DNA of 64,000 nt from Holothuria leucospilota (lineage: Eukaryota). A program made the position numbers and the translations under genes. The notes under the pieces were generated by a model. That model worked only from the letters and a program-made list of their open reading frames with translations. It made no database searches and was not told the origin of the DNA. Numbering within the stretch: the stretch's first letter is position 1; each line of letters opens with the position of its first letter. Below, in pieces: positions 34,301 through 48,557 of the stretch. Where the stretch lies: positions 6,784,493 to 6,848,492 of the forward strand of contig CM055976.1 in assembly GCA_029531755.1 (NCBI GenBank), given 5' to 3'.

Positions 34301-37300
34301 TAGCACAATAACACAAATAAACCACTCAGGCCCCTAAACTCCAGTCAAGTTAACAGGAAGGGCATCAAAAGGTTTTCACAATTTAATACTTTGAGTTGCA
34401 TTTGTAGGGCGATGATTTGAAACTTTACTACCTTTAGCTGTACAAACTTGTTCAAACATATTATCAGTCCATGGTGACTGGGCATTTACTTTACACATTG
34501 CAAAGAATGAACATTTTAAATCAGTGCCTATTAGTTCTATCCCCCTTTGATTATACAGTACCCACTTTCTTCCCTCTTATTCTTTGCAAGCTGTATGCAT
34601 GTGCAGACTTTTGTTCTACAGTGTAAGCTGGTAAAAGTCACATGTCTGTGAAAAGCTTCCAGGTGTGCTCTCAGTGTCATTTTGAGCTCCATGCAAGTAT
34701 CCCCATTTTGTTAGTAACTCACCTTCTGGATTCCATCATTTTGGTTACTCTTGGACCATACAGTACCAGGGCCCTAGGTTTACCCATGGACCCCTCGCTG
34801 TTTGCATCAGTACTCCATGCTTCAAGTTAAACTGTGCTTAGGGAGCTGAAGAAGCATTACAGTATTATAGCCAGTTCTTCTGCTCACTTGTGAAAGATGG
34901 ACATTCTACTCCTTTGAATGGCAACAGAGAGAGAAACTTGCCACTAGGGCATGGAAAATGATGGCACACTTGTTGTGCTTAATGACCTTTTGAGGCTATC
35001 TAGCTGCTATGGCTATATGTGTGTATGTGCCTCTGAGGTAGTAACTCCATGTATATACTTTACACCTCCGAGGTTGTAACCTGTCAAATTTTCCAAATTG
35101 CATTGTTAAATATATCTCTTAAAACTAGACCACCAATGGTGCAAACTTCGACTTTGACGGATCCAGGATTTCAAGCCCGAAAGGGAGGTGGCTAATTACA
35201 TATTTCAAATTTTCTCACCTACAAGCACCAACTGTACGAAGCCTTGAAAGAAGGGTGGTCTAGGAAAAACATGAAATTTATGCACTTGAATGGTATTTCT
35301 GGCATCTGGCAATTAAAATAAGCACTACATATTGTTAAGCAGCTTTGGGACCGTCTAAAAAATGTTGTGTCAAAAAGGGAGGAAAGCCCCCTCTGTGTCT
35401 CAGTGCAATTTTGGTACATAGAACTATTTGGAAGGTGATTGGACAACATCTGGACAATTCTAACATGGTGACATTCGAAGACTGGACAATATATTCTCAC
35501 CCCAGAAACTTTCGCTAGGACAATTCACCTCCAGTTGCAGGCCTACATGTGAAAAATGTGAAAACACTTCTTGTCAACAGCTGTTTACTGCCCTTCAATG
35601 GCATCTCATTCAAGCAGATTTCTTAACAATACCAAAGTTGACCTTTGGGTAGTGATTTTTCAGGAGGTACATACGTAGTCCAGGACCCTGGGTTTATTAG
35701 AAATATGAGTATCTTTCATAATTCTTGATTCCATTCCATAAATCACATCCTGAATGATCAATTACATGCAGGTATTGTAAAAATCCTATCACTATTGGGA
35801 ATTGATACAGCATTTTAAAGCAAAGACAATATTTGAAAGGAAATTGAATTGTTTATGAGCCTGGGCAATGGAATACTCTCCCTTCAGACCAGTCTGAAGT
35901 TACTTACGTAGCACAGGATTCACTCTCCACTATCGACTCCCATTGCCTACTTAGCAGGCTGTACAGCATATACAATGTTCAGTCATCATTATGTTTGGGA
36001 AGCCCCAAAGAGGAGATGAGCAAACAGAGTCCATTCTGCGGGGCTTTTTTCATGGTTCAGATTACCCTGTCCAAACACTAGCGAAATTGCGAACAATGCA
36101 TAGCTCTGTGTAGCTTTGCTTTATGTTAACAGATGGATTACTAGTTACAGCCAGCCCTTTGTTTTTATCGTGAGTACTGTACATTGCCCAGGAGATACTT
36201 GTTTGGCCAATTCGTGCATGCACAAAATATACGGCAAAACTGAATGCCAGATGATTTCAGTTGGCGTTGTCCTCACGGTCTTGGCTTCAAAACACCAAAC
36301 AAGTGTTTGTCTAAGGAGAATTGATTCTTTTGGACGAAAAGAAGTTAATTTTATTTCTGTGCATCCTTTTGGGCACAAATATCAAAATCCCCCAGGAAGA
36401 TTCGTTTTACTTCGTAACTCGTTCAAGATAAGATGAGATCCCACCCGCGCATGCGCAAGTCAGTTCACCCGCACAGTTTTGCAGCAAGAGGACCTTCTGT
36501 TTCAGGGCATTTTTATCGATGGATATCTCCATTGTTTTGAGGAAATCCTGTTAATCGCTTAAGCGTAAAACTTGTTAACACCTTTTTTGCCAAACGTGAC
36601 TTTGACTTTGTTAATATGTCCGCATCATGTGGCCAAGCATTGAAAAATAACTCTAGCGACTTCATATAAACAAAATTTTGGTAGTAGAATTTGCATTGAC
36701 ACAATACACATCCTCTCCAAAATTAAGATTCATACAGTAGCTTACAAAACAACCGAGAAAATGCAGTTCAAAGATAAAATCTCTGACCACCTCGCCGAAA
36801 ACTGCTGTTTCGATCTCATTACTTCAACCAGAAGTTTTCTAGTCGAAGTAAAAATCTTTCTAGATCATCTGAAACACTTTATTGCCTTGAGCTTCCAGGG
36901 GCTTCTCCTCAGATTCCCACAAGGGCTTTTTCACCCCTGGAGTCCACCAAGCACCATATGAAGGGACACTGGCCTCACCCATTAGGGGACCTGTGGTTTG
37001 TGCTTGGCCACTTACCACGCATGCAACAGTTGCACATTTTGGCCCCTGCTGAAGAAAAAAAAAGGGATGTTCCACTGCCACTGGGCTTTCAGACCATTTA
37101 GTTGCCCCCATGGATCCCCCATTTCAAAAATCCTGGATCAGGGCTCGATTTTAACAGTTGTATGGCCTCCCGTGATGATCAAAACTTGTGACGGACTGCG
37201 AAAAAGTGGTGGGTTGGTTGTCCATCAGACAATAAAGTTAACAGACTGCTTCTAGAGTTACTGCTAGTTTCTTTGTGGACTAATAAATTTCCTTTTGGAC

Positions 37301-38617
37301 AACCAAAACAGGCAGACAGGTTTTCCAATGGACAACCATAAATTTTTTTTAAAATCGAAGCCTGTGGATATGCTAGTGGCTGTGTTGTGATGTACATGTA
37401 GAAAATTCTATCTCACAATAATGTACTGTAGATTACAACAAACCCGTAACCAAGAGGGGGTGGAGAAAGCCAGGAGGCATACCTGTAGCCTCAGAGAAAA
37501 TTTCGTTTTTTCACATCTTTCCCCCTAGAAAATTTAATTTTTACACATCTCTCTGCCTCTGAAAAAATATTTCCTACCCCTCCTTGCAAAAACTTTGGGT
37601 CAATTTGTTCCATATTCACAGGTTTTCAAGTGTCTGCACCATGGATAATTGTAGCTATTTTGTGTGAAAACCTCTGCTTTCCCCAGACATTGACACAATA
37701 CGGTAGGCCCATTCAATATTACACTTTGCCACAGGTTTTCAAAGATTTTTTCATGCAAAAAGTTTGGCAGTTGAAACAAGTGTTAACAAAGAATTCTTAG
37801 ACAAAACCTGTGGCCTGAAATGGAAGCCAGATATATATGCAGGTTTGCTACAATTTTCACCCAAGAAAACCAGTGATTCCATTGTTTTTCATGTGTGATC
37901 CCTGCAAGGTCACAGTCACAGGTTGACTAAGGTGTTCCCAGTTGCTACGGTATCTCCATCCCTCCTCCCCCTTCAGCATCTCTTCTGGCTATTGGCCTGG
38001 ATCACACATGCCATGACAAGGCCCCTTACAGAAACACACACTCTAAAAACCCGATATGTGGGCCCCTGGTCGGGTTTTCAGCACAATGTTTATTCTGGAG
38101 TTAGCACCTCCAGCACATAATGCAGAGATGCTTATCAGGCTTGTATAAACAAGCTGTGTGGTCATGCACTGTTTTTCTGTGTACATAGAACTTTTCTCGT
38201 GAAAGATAATCAGTTAAGGAGGGATAAGAACTGCAAGCAGGAAATGGAAGTAACTGGACAGAGGCCTCAGGAAATAAGCATTACATGCATGGCTGCACAA
38301 TTTCTGTCAAAATCTCTAAGGGGCAGTGCTTGACATGCAGGAAGGTGTGAAAGGATATACAGGGCACTTTAGCATTACCTCAAAGTGACCTTATTTAGAT
38401 TATATATTGTCCAAGGGAAGAATTGTAAAAATTATCAGATTAGAGTTTCTAATTTTAAGAGGTCCTGTGGCAGTCCATTTTCCATGAGTCATCTCTTTAG
38501 AGGTGACAAACCTACAGTAGTTGCATCCTGAAGTATGTTCTTTTAAGCTCTTGTAAAATATTACATGATTTGACTGTTGACTGTATCTTTAAACTATACT
38601 TTTAACTTTTCTTTCAG

Positions 38618-38747
38618 AAATATGCAATTACATCAGCCATTAAATCTTCAGCCATCTGATAGCCTGATGAAGAGATCTGTTCTAAGTGTATCAAGTGAAT
38701 ACAGTGTAAGATGCGGAAAGTTCAGTTTGCCAACTACATCATCAGAG
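38618..38747 (+). CDS. Coding exon, phase 2 to 0 (..NMQLHQPLNLQPSDSLMKRSVLSVSSEYSVRCGKFSLPTTSSE)
   Basis: Acceptor ttttctttcag| and donor |gtacag. The frame is open and joins in frame to the next two exons. Confidence 0.4.
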
Positions 38748-39655
38748 GTACAGTATCTTATATTTTGTTTTAAAAGGAGCATGCAGAAAAAAAGTTACTG
38801 ACAGTCTTTACCTTACACACTGCATTGTACAGTATTCACATTCACACTTTCACTTTTTTAGTGGCAAACCTAAGGTAGTTGGCACCTGCAGTGGATCTTC
38901 CTTTGTACAGTACCTGTAGGGGGCACACCTGTCTTGGGGAAAGGTCTTACGGAGGGAAATACCCCCTCCCCATTTTGAGATAAGTTTTTGTTTCAGTAAG
39001 GTGGCTCTGATGGAGAGTGTGCCCACATTGATAAAGCTTGTGACTGGTTTTATGGTTAGAAAGTTCTCTTATTTAGTGGATATGTTTTGGAGGGTGGCGT
39101 TGGGGTGTGGTGTGGTGCTCCTCCAAGGCTGAAACCCCATGGTCCACCGGATATGTCACCTGGTTTCATTTAAAGTACATTACCAGATGACATATAGTTT
39201 TCATACAAAGCACCAGGTGGTCATATTCCCCACCTTAATAAGTCATAAACTTTGGGTGGTGTTTTAATTGGTAGTGAGCATTTTCCTTGATTTATGCACA
39301 AACACTGACACAAATTCAAGAGGTCATTTCCTTTGTTTGTATACATGTTATAAAGTAATATCAAGGTATTCCCTTGAGTTATGAGGTATATTGCAAGCTT
39401 TCAAGTGACAGTTCCTTAATAACCTACTTTCTCCTAATTTTTTGACTTCCCTCCTACTTCTAACCCTAGCTCTAATGCAAATAGAATTTAAGTCTTCAGT
39501 GTATAGTGAACCTTTGATATAGTGAGTCTTGGGTCTAGTGGGGTTTTTTGCTGAAACAGTATGGTATAGTTATCACCTCTCACAGTATAGCAACTCTGTC
39601 CAGATAAATGATGTGGCCTACAGTAGTTAATGGATGGCTTATTTTAATTTTTCAG

Positions 39656-39785
39656 GTTCCCTCTTCAATGCAGCATTCTTTAGAAGGCACAGCAGTGAAA
39701 AAAGTCAGATTGATGAATGACAGCTTACGTAAAACTGAGTTAAAGTTATCAAATAAATTCCTGGAGAATTTGAGCATTCTGAAAG
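39656..39785 (+). CDS. Coding exon, phase 0 to 1 (VPSSMQHSLEGTAVKKVRLMNDSLRKTELKLSNKFLENLSILKG)
   Basis: Acceptor ttttaatttttcag| and donor |gtaaag. In frame with its neighbours. Confidence 0.45.
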
Positions 39786-40066
39786 GTAAAGTGCGGACAT
39801 TCATTTTTGACTGAAAGTTAAATAATAAGAATATATATTTGGTACAGTAAATCCATTTAGAAATTAACTGAAACTAATATGACTCAAAATTGGTTTATAT
39901 ACTGTTGTTGTTTTTACACAATACAGTGCATTGCACAGACAGCAGGTTTCGATAGGTATCTTGAAGAAACAGTACCACCCCTATTTTTAATTGAGATTAA
40001 AAACTAGGCCTATAGGTGTTTGTGCATTGTTTTGGCTATGCCTCTTTTTCTTTGGTATCTGTATAG

Positions 40067-40142
40067 GTTTCAAGACAAGTGATGTATTAGACAAGACAAA
40101 TACCCAGAAGTTAGCCAACACAACTGACCAAGGGGCTCTGCG
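40067..40142 (+). CDS. Coding exon, phase 1 to 2 ((G)FKTSDVLDKTNTQKLANTTDQGAL)
   Basis: Acceptor tctgtatag| and donor |gtaagt. It is phase-compatible with the BRCT exon at 47320 (cg + t gives R). Confidence 0.4.
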
Positions 40143-43100
40143 GTAAGTATCCAAGTGGGACTAGCAGCAGTGAATTGCAAATTAGGAATTTTTCAGTGGT
40201 GTGAGTGGGGTTTAGTGTTCGACCCGTTATACCACACACTGTAATTACTGAATACCAATTATTCAGTTACACACTTGGGCCAATGCTGATTACCAATCAC
40301 CCAATTATTAAGATCTAAAGGAAGGTCATGTCTTCTTGCCGTCTATCGCGTATCTCTAGCTTTTACACACACTCAGGGCTTGAAATAACGGGGGCCTATG
40401 GGCCAGATGCTCCTAGAAATTTGTTCGGGGCTGTAGCATCTATAGGGAAGGGGCCCAGTTGGCTCCTAAATATTTCAAGGCTAATTGTACAGTCTGCGCA
40501 TGAACTTCTCCATTCACATTCACGATCTTATATCTCGTACGGCCTGTGTATTTGGTATACTGACAGTCAATTAAACCTGCGAAAAACGCATTATCTTTGA
40601 AATCACTTCACATTGCTCATAAATAGTCTGCTTTGTCACAACAAGGAACATCATTCACGCAGGCACACACCGGTGTCAGTCATGAGTAATGTAGGTGGAG
40701 CCTCACAAGATTAATAGCTGATGACACTCTCCTTTTCAACCTCCGTTCCTACAGTGTGGCATTTGCACCACTTAATTTACACTGTACTGTAATGCAGAGA
40801 CCTACGCTGGAAACAGTACGAGTATGCCATCGCTATAGTGAAAGTGCTAGCAATACATGCAACAGATCATGCAAAGGTGGGAAGTACATTCTTCAATGAT
40901 CGATGTAAAAAGGAAAGGGTAGAATTGAACTCTCGGTACACTTGCATGAATTTTATCACCTGCAGCACACCGTATAGTGCATCCCACGAAATTTCGAAGC
41001 CTTTCAATTTTTGGAAGAATGTGAACTAACTATTTATGGGACGTTAATTATTACAAAACTCGGTGAACGTAGTAAACTATTGATAAGGCAAAAGCCATGC
41101 ACACCACACATAGGTATACAGTGGGAAAACCTATCACACGTAATGTTGTAGCGTACAGTTCTAATATCGCAAGATGGCTTCAGGTCTCTGTTACTGCTAT
41201 GTACACACTCAAACTGTAGGCCTAGTTCATTGACTGCACAATGAATGATGTCGGATATAACCAATCAGATTACAAAAACGATAATATGAGTGGAGGATTA
41301 CAAAACCTGCTGTACTACAGCTAGGCCACCCAGGCAAGTGGTTAGTGTTCATGACTGATTGGGTGACAGGAATTTTAGTGTCTTTCATTTTACTGATCCC
41401 GGGGAATACCAACAAGAAATTTTGAAATACCTTCAGTGTAAACTTTCTCTGTCATGAAAATGTACACTGTATGCAAGATGTGCAGTTGTTAAGTACTTGT
41501 CTCAGAGGGTGTGGACAGATTGGTTTCAGGCTAGTTTCAGCCTCAACTTACATTAATTATACCCATACTACACAAGTTGCCAAGCATGTAAAAAGCACCC
41601 ATACACTTTAACAGCCTTTTTTTATTGTTAGGCTTTGGGCCCCTTGATTTCTCATTTGGCACCTAGATTCCATGAGCTAGGGGCCCGGCTGGCCCCCAAA
41701 GTTTGAGGGCTTATTTCGACCCCTGCCCATAGTAACATAACCTTCATGTTGGAGTTGAATAATATTAGGAACAGTTCACTACGTTCCATGTATAGAATAT
41801 TAATTTTTTGTTGGATTTCCTCTCGAAAAACTGACATAAAAATCAACCTTAAATACATCTTTGCTTACGATGTCATAGGCCTAACATTAGACAAAGAGTC
41901 TGTCGGCCTACATGAGGCTTTGCCTAGTTTCATCCACTGATCATGTCAGAAGATTCCATGTTCTAGGGAAAAATATGCAACTACCTTAGCACTTCAGGGC
42001 CACTAAACATTCCACTCAATTTACTCGATTTATGCATCTCATGGTTCCGTAATGATATGAATATATTTTTTGTAAAGCTTCTTACCCAAAACTCTGTCGG
42101 CCTTATGTAAAACATTCTCCAAATGAACTGTTATACTAATTCCTGGTAAATTTCTGTAATGGAAAAACTGTGTTGCCGTTCCTGCGTGAATTTAAAATGG
42201 GCCCACTTCCCTTCGTTCATCAGTTAGGAGCACAGAGTTTATGACCAACGTGCTACGTAAAACATGGGCAATACACTAGCACTGAATTGTGTATCACACA
42301 CTGTACTCGGTGGCTTTGGAAGGTGAACTTTGCAAGAAACTTTCTGAGATGAAGTGGACAATACCATTAGCAGGGATTTAGAAATACAATACAAATAAAT
42401 ATATTTGTAAATTGTTCTTTTGTATTTTGGGGCATAATTTGCGAAATACACTGAATTTGGGTGTCTACTCTTAAAAAGTTAAACTGTGAACAGTTGCATT
42501 TGTTACTTCTTTTTCTTCGTAAAGGAGGAGTTTTAAGTATCTTGTACTTGTATGCAGTTATTCCCTGTAAGGCAATTACGTGTGTCTATGTGCCTGTCAT
42601 AGATAATTAAAAACTTAATGAAAAGGATGTGGGAAGTGGCATAATATATGCAGGATAATGAGCCTTGAGTATCCATTTTTAGAGTTGCTACGTGCACCAA
42701 GCGTGTACAGATGGTATGGTTAGCACTGAAACTGGAAAAAAAAGAAACATAGCTCGAAGTCATTGTCTTCCAGCAGTACAATTTGTATGCAGATGTGGAG
42801 TCACAGAGCCTGCAATACTTACCTTGTAAGAGACATAAAAGTGATTATGTATGTGTATAAATAAACCTGTAACAAACATGCTACAAAGTTTGGGCTTTAG
42901 ATTCTCATGATTTACCAAGCTTCGTTGATATCACTCACTACGCAGATAATTTGTATGTGGACTTCTGATATTACATCATCTTTTTTGCATGTACCCCAAG
43001 TAAAATGCTTTCAAAAGAAGGGGGATGTAACATAATGAGCTATACTTCTCGCTTAAGTTATTGATAATGTCGTATCTTTATACTCCAATGTAATAGACTG

Positions 43101-44910
43101 CTGCGTCGGCCACCGTCCTCTTCTATATCACGCTTAAGAGCAGAGCACATGAGATCTCTTACAACATGATTTTGTGTCTCTATTTTGTGTCTCATCTCAT
43201 TTTGTCCTATCATCAACCAAATAATGTTACGTACAGTTCCCTACCTGTATGGAGATTTAGGTGGAGGAATGCACACCTCTAATACCAAACAGCCTGGACA
43301 TAACTTTCCATATGCTATATGCAGACTTGGATGTCCAGTCGGTCATATGTAATGTAATGTAAATTTATTCTTTTAAGGCAACTCCCAGGCTAGTACAGTG
43401 TAATGCTATGCCACTTAATTTTGCAGAGGGTTACATGCTGTATAGTACCACAGTATTATTGCAGGGGGTTGTATGCTAAACACAGTGTTATTGAAAAGAG
43501 TTGATGTCAAATAGCCACCCTGTGGTCCAGAACAGTTCACTATACCATTTGTGTTTTAGGGAATAAGGGAATTGGCTGTCACATAGTACCGCTACCTCCC
43601 TGTTTCAGTGCTTTGTAATGCTATACCATTGTGTTATTGCAGGGAGTTACAGTCAAATACTTACCACATCCCCATGGTGATTGTTTGGTCTGTAAAGTCT
43701 TATGCATGCAGTATTTGATTTAGATGTGTTCAAATTTTATAACTGTACAGAGGTGATGTGTACTTGTCAGAAGGTATTTTCCCTCACGTTTTTGATCAGT
43801 GGTGTGTTTGTTGAAGAGACAAATCTTCAAGCCTGCCTACAGTATTTTATTGTCTGAAGTTCAAATGAAAAAACTTCCCTGATAACTAGGAAACAAAAAC
43901 TCAAACATATGTTCCAAACAAGCAAGCTGCATTAGTCATAGTAAAACTTGTGAGTTGTGTGCTTTGGTGGTGAAGTAAGTTAATGGTTGATAGTTGTATA
44001 CACACTGCCACTCTGCAATGTGAGCACAGCAGTGCACTAGTGTCATGTGCATTGGGAGGTCAGTGTGGTTACACAGCGTCATCAAACCTTTTTAGTTAGA
44101 CATGTAAGTTTATGGATACTGTACTGCAAATCCTTGGTAATCAAACCCTTTTCCCACCAGGCTGAGAGCCACTTAGAGGAGGATACTACTGTAAATTTAT
44201 GGCAACCCAAAGTGAATGGATAGTTCAGAATTGCCTGTGTGAACTTTTGTGTCAGCTGTCCCATGTGTTATTACTGGGTGATAACTGTAATGCATTGGTA
44301 TATTCAAGGAGGGAGTATACCATACTGTAGGTGGGCTGGGTGTCCCCCTTCAAATTTTGCTTTGGAAGGTGACTTAGGTGCAAAATGGTGTCATTTTCTT
44401 CCTTTTCTTGTGTGTTTATGTTCTGCATTTTTCCTGGAAAATCAAGATATTTTAAGGCACTTTGGGACCACTTGAATGTTACTATTTCAGTTTGAAGGCC
44501 AACTTTTGAACACTCGTGAAGTTAGCTTCAAAACATATTTTGGACTGTTTGGTCTGAGATGCAACTGAATTATAATACTCACAATGCTTAGCTTTTATTA
44601 GTAGGACTTCTTGGCCCTGCTTGTAATTTGCAACATGTGTGCTTACAGTAACTAAGAAGGTGAATGTCCGTATTGGTCTTTGTGGTTGTTTTGTATGAAA
44701 GTTTTGACCAGGGGCAAGCCTCTAACCAAGGGAGACTGGAGGGATGCAGCCTCCTCTAGAAAATTTTTTGCCTCCCCTAGAAAGTCAAAAATTTCCACTG
44801 CCTTAATGTATTTTAGTATATATCTTGTACAGTGTCACTCCCTTAGGAGGCTGTGTGGCCCCCTTTCAGAACTTTGTGTGGCTACAGGCCTTGAATGGGG
44901 TCATAATTTT

Positions 44911-45641
44911 TGATTCTTTGCGTAAGCAAAAGGAATCTGTGATGATGTTTTTGCGTGTGTGTGAGTGTACGGTATGTGATGCTGGTTGTAAACATGATAT
45001 CTCAAGAATGTTAACCTTGAGTGATATCATACTTGGCATGCAGGTACCCCTTATTGAGTAGATGATCCCTATTGTTTTTGGTGGAGGTCAAAGGTCATTT
45101 GGTCAGGAGAGGTCAAAAGGTCAAAACCTTGTAAGAGCAATATCTCAAGAAGGGTAACTGTGCGGAATGTCATAGTTGGCATGTAGATTGCCCATAATAC
45201 AGTAAGTAGATGATCACTATTGTTTTTGATTGAGGTCAAAGGTCATTTGGGGTCACCAGAGGTCAAATGGTAAAAACCTTGGGAATTGCTTGTAAACATG
45301 ATATCTCAAGACAAATTGGTTTGAGGGATCTCATACTTACCTTGTAGATTGCCCATATTAAGCAGATGACCCCTATTGTTTTTGGTGGAAGTCGAAGGTC
45401 ATTTGGTCACCAGAGTTCAAAAGGTCAAAACTTGTAGACATGATATCTCAAGTAGGATAACTGTGAGGGATCTACCACTTGAAAGGTTTCAAAAGGTCAA
45501 AACCTTATTAACATGATATCTCAAGTAGGATAACTGTGAGGGAGCTTATGCTTGCCATGTGGGTATCATTTCATGTTTGTTACAATATATCCACATGGCA
45601 AGGAATCACTATGCCTTTTGGCTTTCTGGTTTGTAAAAGTA
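44911..45641 (+). mobile_element. Helentron-like element, copy 3, short and diverged. Termini are 5' tgattctttgcgtaagcaaaaggaatc and 3' ggcaaggaatcactatgccttttggctttctggtt. It carries about 4 satellite monomers
   Basis: It has the same terminal architecture as copies 1 and 2. The internal units ...ttgtttttggtggaggtcaaaggtcatttggtcaggagaggtcaaaaggtcaaaacc are related to the 148-bp monomer. Confidence 0.55.
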
Positions 45642-47223
45642 TTAGTTTTCCCCTGGAGTAGAAGAAGCCTACTGTACAGGACTGTTCACTGAACATTACA
45701 CTTTTGTAGCATAGCCTCAGGCCACCCTGAAAAATAGCTTGGAGACCCCCTGTACAGTGTGAGAAGTAGGGTTGTAAATAATTGCCAATGAAATGTCTTT
45801 CATTTGTGATATCACCCTCCATTGAGTTGAAAAATGTAAGCAGTTTTACATTATTCTTCCCTTATTTGCAGAAAGTATGCCGTGATTTCTTGGTGACATT
45901 TTTTACAGTAGTCAGATTTAAAAAGTGAGATATCAGTGCCTTTTTATGTTGGCAGTTTATTGGTTTAATTAATTGGATTTATTTTTATTTCAAGAGGGTA
46001 CTTAGCTCTGTTAGCTCATTGGATCACTGATCGGAGCTCTTTTTCCAGTGTCACTCAAATAAGTAATATCATTAAATGAACAAGAATGTAACATTTTAAA
46101 ATTTTAAAGTATATAGTAGGAACAGTAGTAGAAATGACTTTAGGTAAGTTCAAATGATTGTGATAGAGATGAGATTGTGCATTTAAGGAAATTAAGGTTT
46201 TTCCAGATGATAACATATCCAGTAAGGAGCAAAGTTTGCAAGAATAGCTTATGTCAGCAGCAGGGTTTGCGTTTTACGCCGAAACAGGCGTTTTTTACGC
46301 TGACGGAAATGTAACTTACGACCAAAAATACAATCAGTCGTAATATAAATTTTGACTTCCCCATCTTTACAACAGAAAATTCGACTCACTAAACACTTAC
46401 CTGCTGAAAATTTTGAGTTTCTTAAAACCAAATAATTAACAAAAAAAAAAAAAAAACTCCAAAATAATGGTCTATCCCAATGTCTTGCAACTTTAGACAA
46501 GTGACAACGAACATTCCCAATCGGACGGCACTGTCATAAGCATACGGACTGTATGTACACTGTATGGAAATACACTTGTCATTGTGTTTTATCTAATATT
46601 GCTAATGTTAGGTAAAGCTACCGTACACCTGTTGCTAGTTCATACACGGAATACATTTGATATTTTCAGCCAAATTTCTCTTTGAGGGAAGTGAAAGTAT
46701 TTTTTATTATCCAAGGATCCTTTCTCATCATAAAAACAGGTCCTTATTAAATTATTTCATTCACACTTGAATTTATCCATAAGTTGCGCTAAGGCTGTTG
46801 TAGGCTAGGCTAGGCCTAACATTGCCGTTTATGGATTATCGCAGTAGGCATTGTATATTTAATCATTTACACCAGAATTTTTAAAAATTACGACCCCAAA
46901 ATTTGAATGGTCGTAAAAAAGAAAATACTATCATGAAAAATTACAATGACTTTTTCAGAGAAATGCAAACCTTGGTCAGCAGTTCTTTCATTGTGTTCTC
47001 AGCAGTTGTGGATGCATGCATGGTAATCTTTTATACTATATTCCACTCTTTTGAGCATACTTGGTTTTTTAAGGTCAGCATAACCTACAATCTTCAAAAC
47101 TCTACAGTTCCTAATGCATAATTATCTTTTAAAGTACCTTCCACGGAATTGAACATTAACCACACTTTACTCTAAACATATTGAGTCATCCGTAACCCAT
47201 GCGATAAAATTTTGGAGTTAGTA

Positions 47224-47230
47224 TAAAATT
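47224..47230 (+). promoter_or_regulatory. TATA-like box (tataaaa) 43 bp upstream of the ATG at 47273, which is in frame with the BRCT exon
   Basis: Direct reading. This gives an alternative start for the BRCT-containing gene if 47273-47319 is unspliced. Confidence 0.2.
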
Positions 47231-47319
47231 TCTTCTTGATGTTAAAAAGTAATGATTAGAGGATAAACAAAAATGAAGTGTTCATTAATATTAAACTATT
47301 GGATTGCAATCTTTCACAG

Positions 47320-47452
47320 TACAAAATCATCTATACTGAAAGGATGGCATGTAGTTCTTGACCTTGAAAAGAGCAGCTTTAAAGAGAGACTTGATTTGAA
47401 GAACGAAATACTCAGTCATGGAGGTACTGTTGGTTTTAGTGTCACCAAGAAA
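47320..47452 (+). CDS. PARP4: Exon encoding the N-terminal half of a BRCT domain (KSSILKGWHVVLDLEKSSFKERLDLKNEILSHGGTVGFSVTKK). It resembles the PARP4 N-terminus
   Basis: Acceptor tttcacag| and donor |gtaagt. The pattern hydrophobic-x-L-x-L...I...GG-x-hydrophobic-x-F-S-hydrophobic is followed by THLLV in the next exon. From memory, human PARP4 reads CIFCLKVKYLPQQQKKKLQTDIKENGGKFSFSLNPQCTHIIL. Confidence 0.5.
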
Positions 47453-48343
47453 GTAAGTTGGTTTTTAAGCTATCCTGCAAAAATATGAAATGCAAAATGC
47501 AAACCACTCTACTGGCTGTAATGTCATGTCATGTCAGGGGGGTATAAAACAATTCAGTGTTTTAATTCAAGTTTTCATTTTGAACTGGCAGTGGTAGTGA
47601 CTATATACCTGAGACTGTAACTATGTACTTCTAAAGTGAACTGAGGCGTTATTCATGTAAAGTTCAGTTATTAAAAATAATATGACACAGCTGGGATTTG
47701 TTGAGTATGTGTATTTTACAGAATTGTCCAGTATTCAATAAATGATGGAATTTCCCGAGTGTAAATGTACTGATAAAATTCACTTTTTGCCTATGAGGGG
47801 AAAGTGGAGAGCTTTTCTGTGTTCCTTCCCCCACCCCTGCCTTGGTGATGATACTGGAATCTCCCATTCATTACTGTAGTAGGCTAGCCGCTTTTAGAAC
47901 CAGTGCACTGAGCAAGATGATGTGTAACACTTTTTTCAAGGTGATTGTCCCTTGAGACTTTGAGACCGACTGCCACTGGAACAGCCACAGGGTGTGTTAC
48001 ATGAGCGGTCTAAAAAACCTGTGCCTTGTGGTACAACTGTAACTTTACAATATAAAAGTAGTTGGTGAGTCATTCGCAATTGAAAATGCTGGGGACTTGA
48101 GGGACTTAACATGGCATGCCCACTATAACCTTTTGGTATAGTGACATTTGACCCGGAATCAGTGTAACCATAATGTCTGTAACTGTTGATTGTGAATTTA
48201 TCCTGTTGGTGATTTTACACATGTGAGTGATTAAGCTATAAGGTGAAAATCATTTTGCAGAGTTTGATATTGTCAATGGGTGTTGCACTATGTGTGTTGT
48301 TATCAAATCATAACCACCCATTGCCTCTATTGATATTGTACAG

Positions 48344-48557
48344 ACAACTCATCTCCTGGTGGAAGGAATCTCGAAACGTTCTTTCTCGTTCAAACGACAT
48401 TGTGCTCAGAAATATGGTGTAAAGGTAGTGTCTGTGGATTATGTCCGTGACTGTTTGGAGTCAGGGTCAGTGCTGAGTGTTGAGCCATACATTGCTGCAG
48501 ATAAGGTAGAGGAGACCGAGAACAAAGAAAATAACCTTTTATCTGGTAAAATTAAAG
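48344..48557 (+). CDS. PARP4: Exon encoding the C-terminal half of the BRCT (TTHLLVEGISKRSFSFKRHCAQKYGVKVVSVDYVRDCLESGSVLSVEPY...), phase 0 to 1
   Basis: Acceptor ttgtacag| and donor |gtaaga. The BRCT C-terminal signature, hydrophobic-V-x-x-D/W-hydrophobic-x-x-C/S...Y-x-P-Y, is present. It aligns with PARP4 ...HVHIANPDFIWKSIREKRLLDVKNYDPY. Confidence 0.5.

Noticed and set aside
47273-47319. Treating ORF 47273-47488 (MKCSLILNYWIAIFHS...) as the unspliced start of the BRCT gene
   Set aside because: This is possible, since TATAAAA lies 43 bp upstream. But 47311-47319 is a good acceptor (tttcacag|), and the hydrophobic N-terminal peptide is not PARP-like. It is kept as an alternative only.
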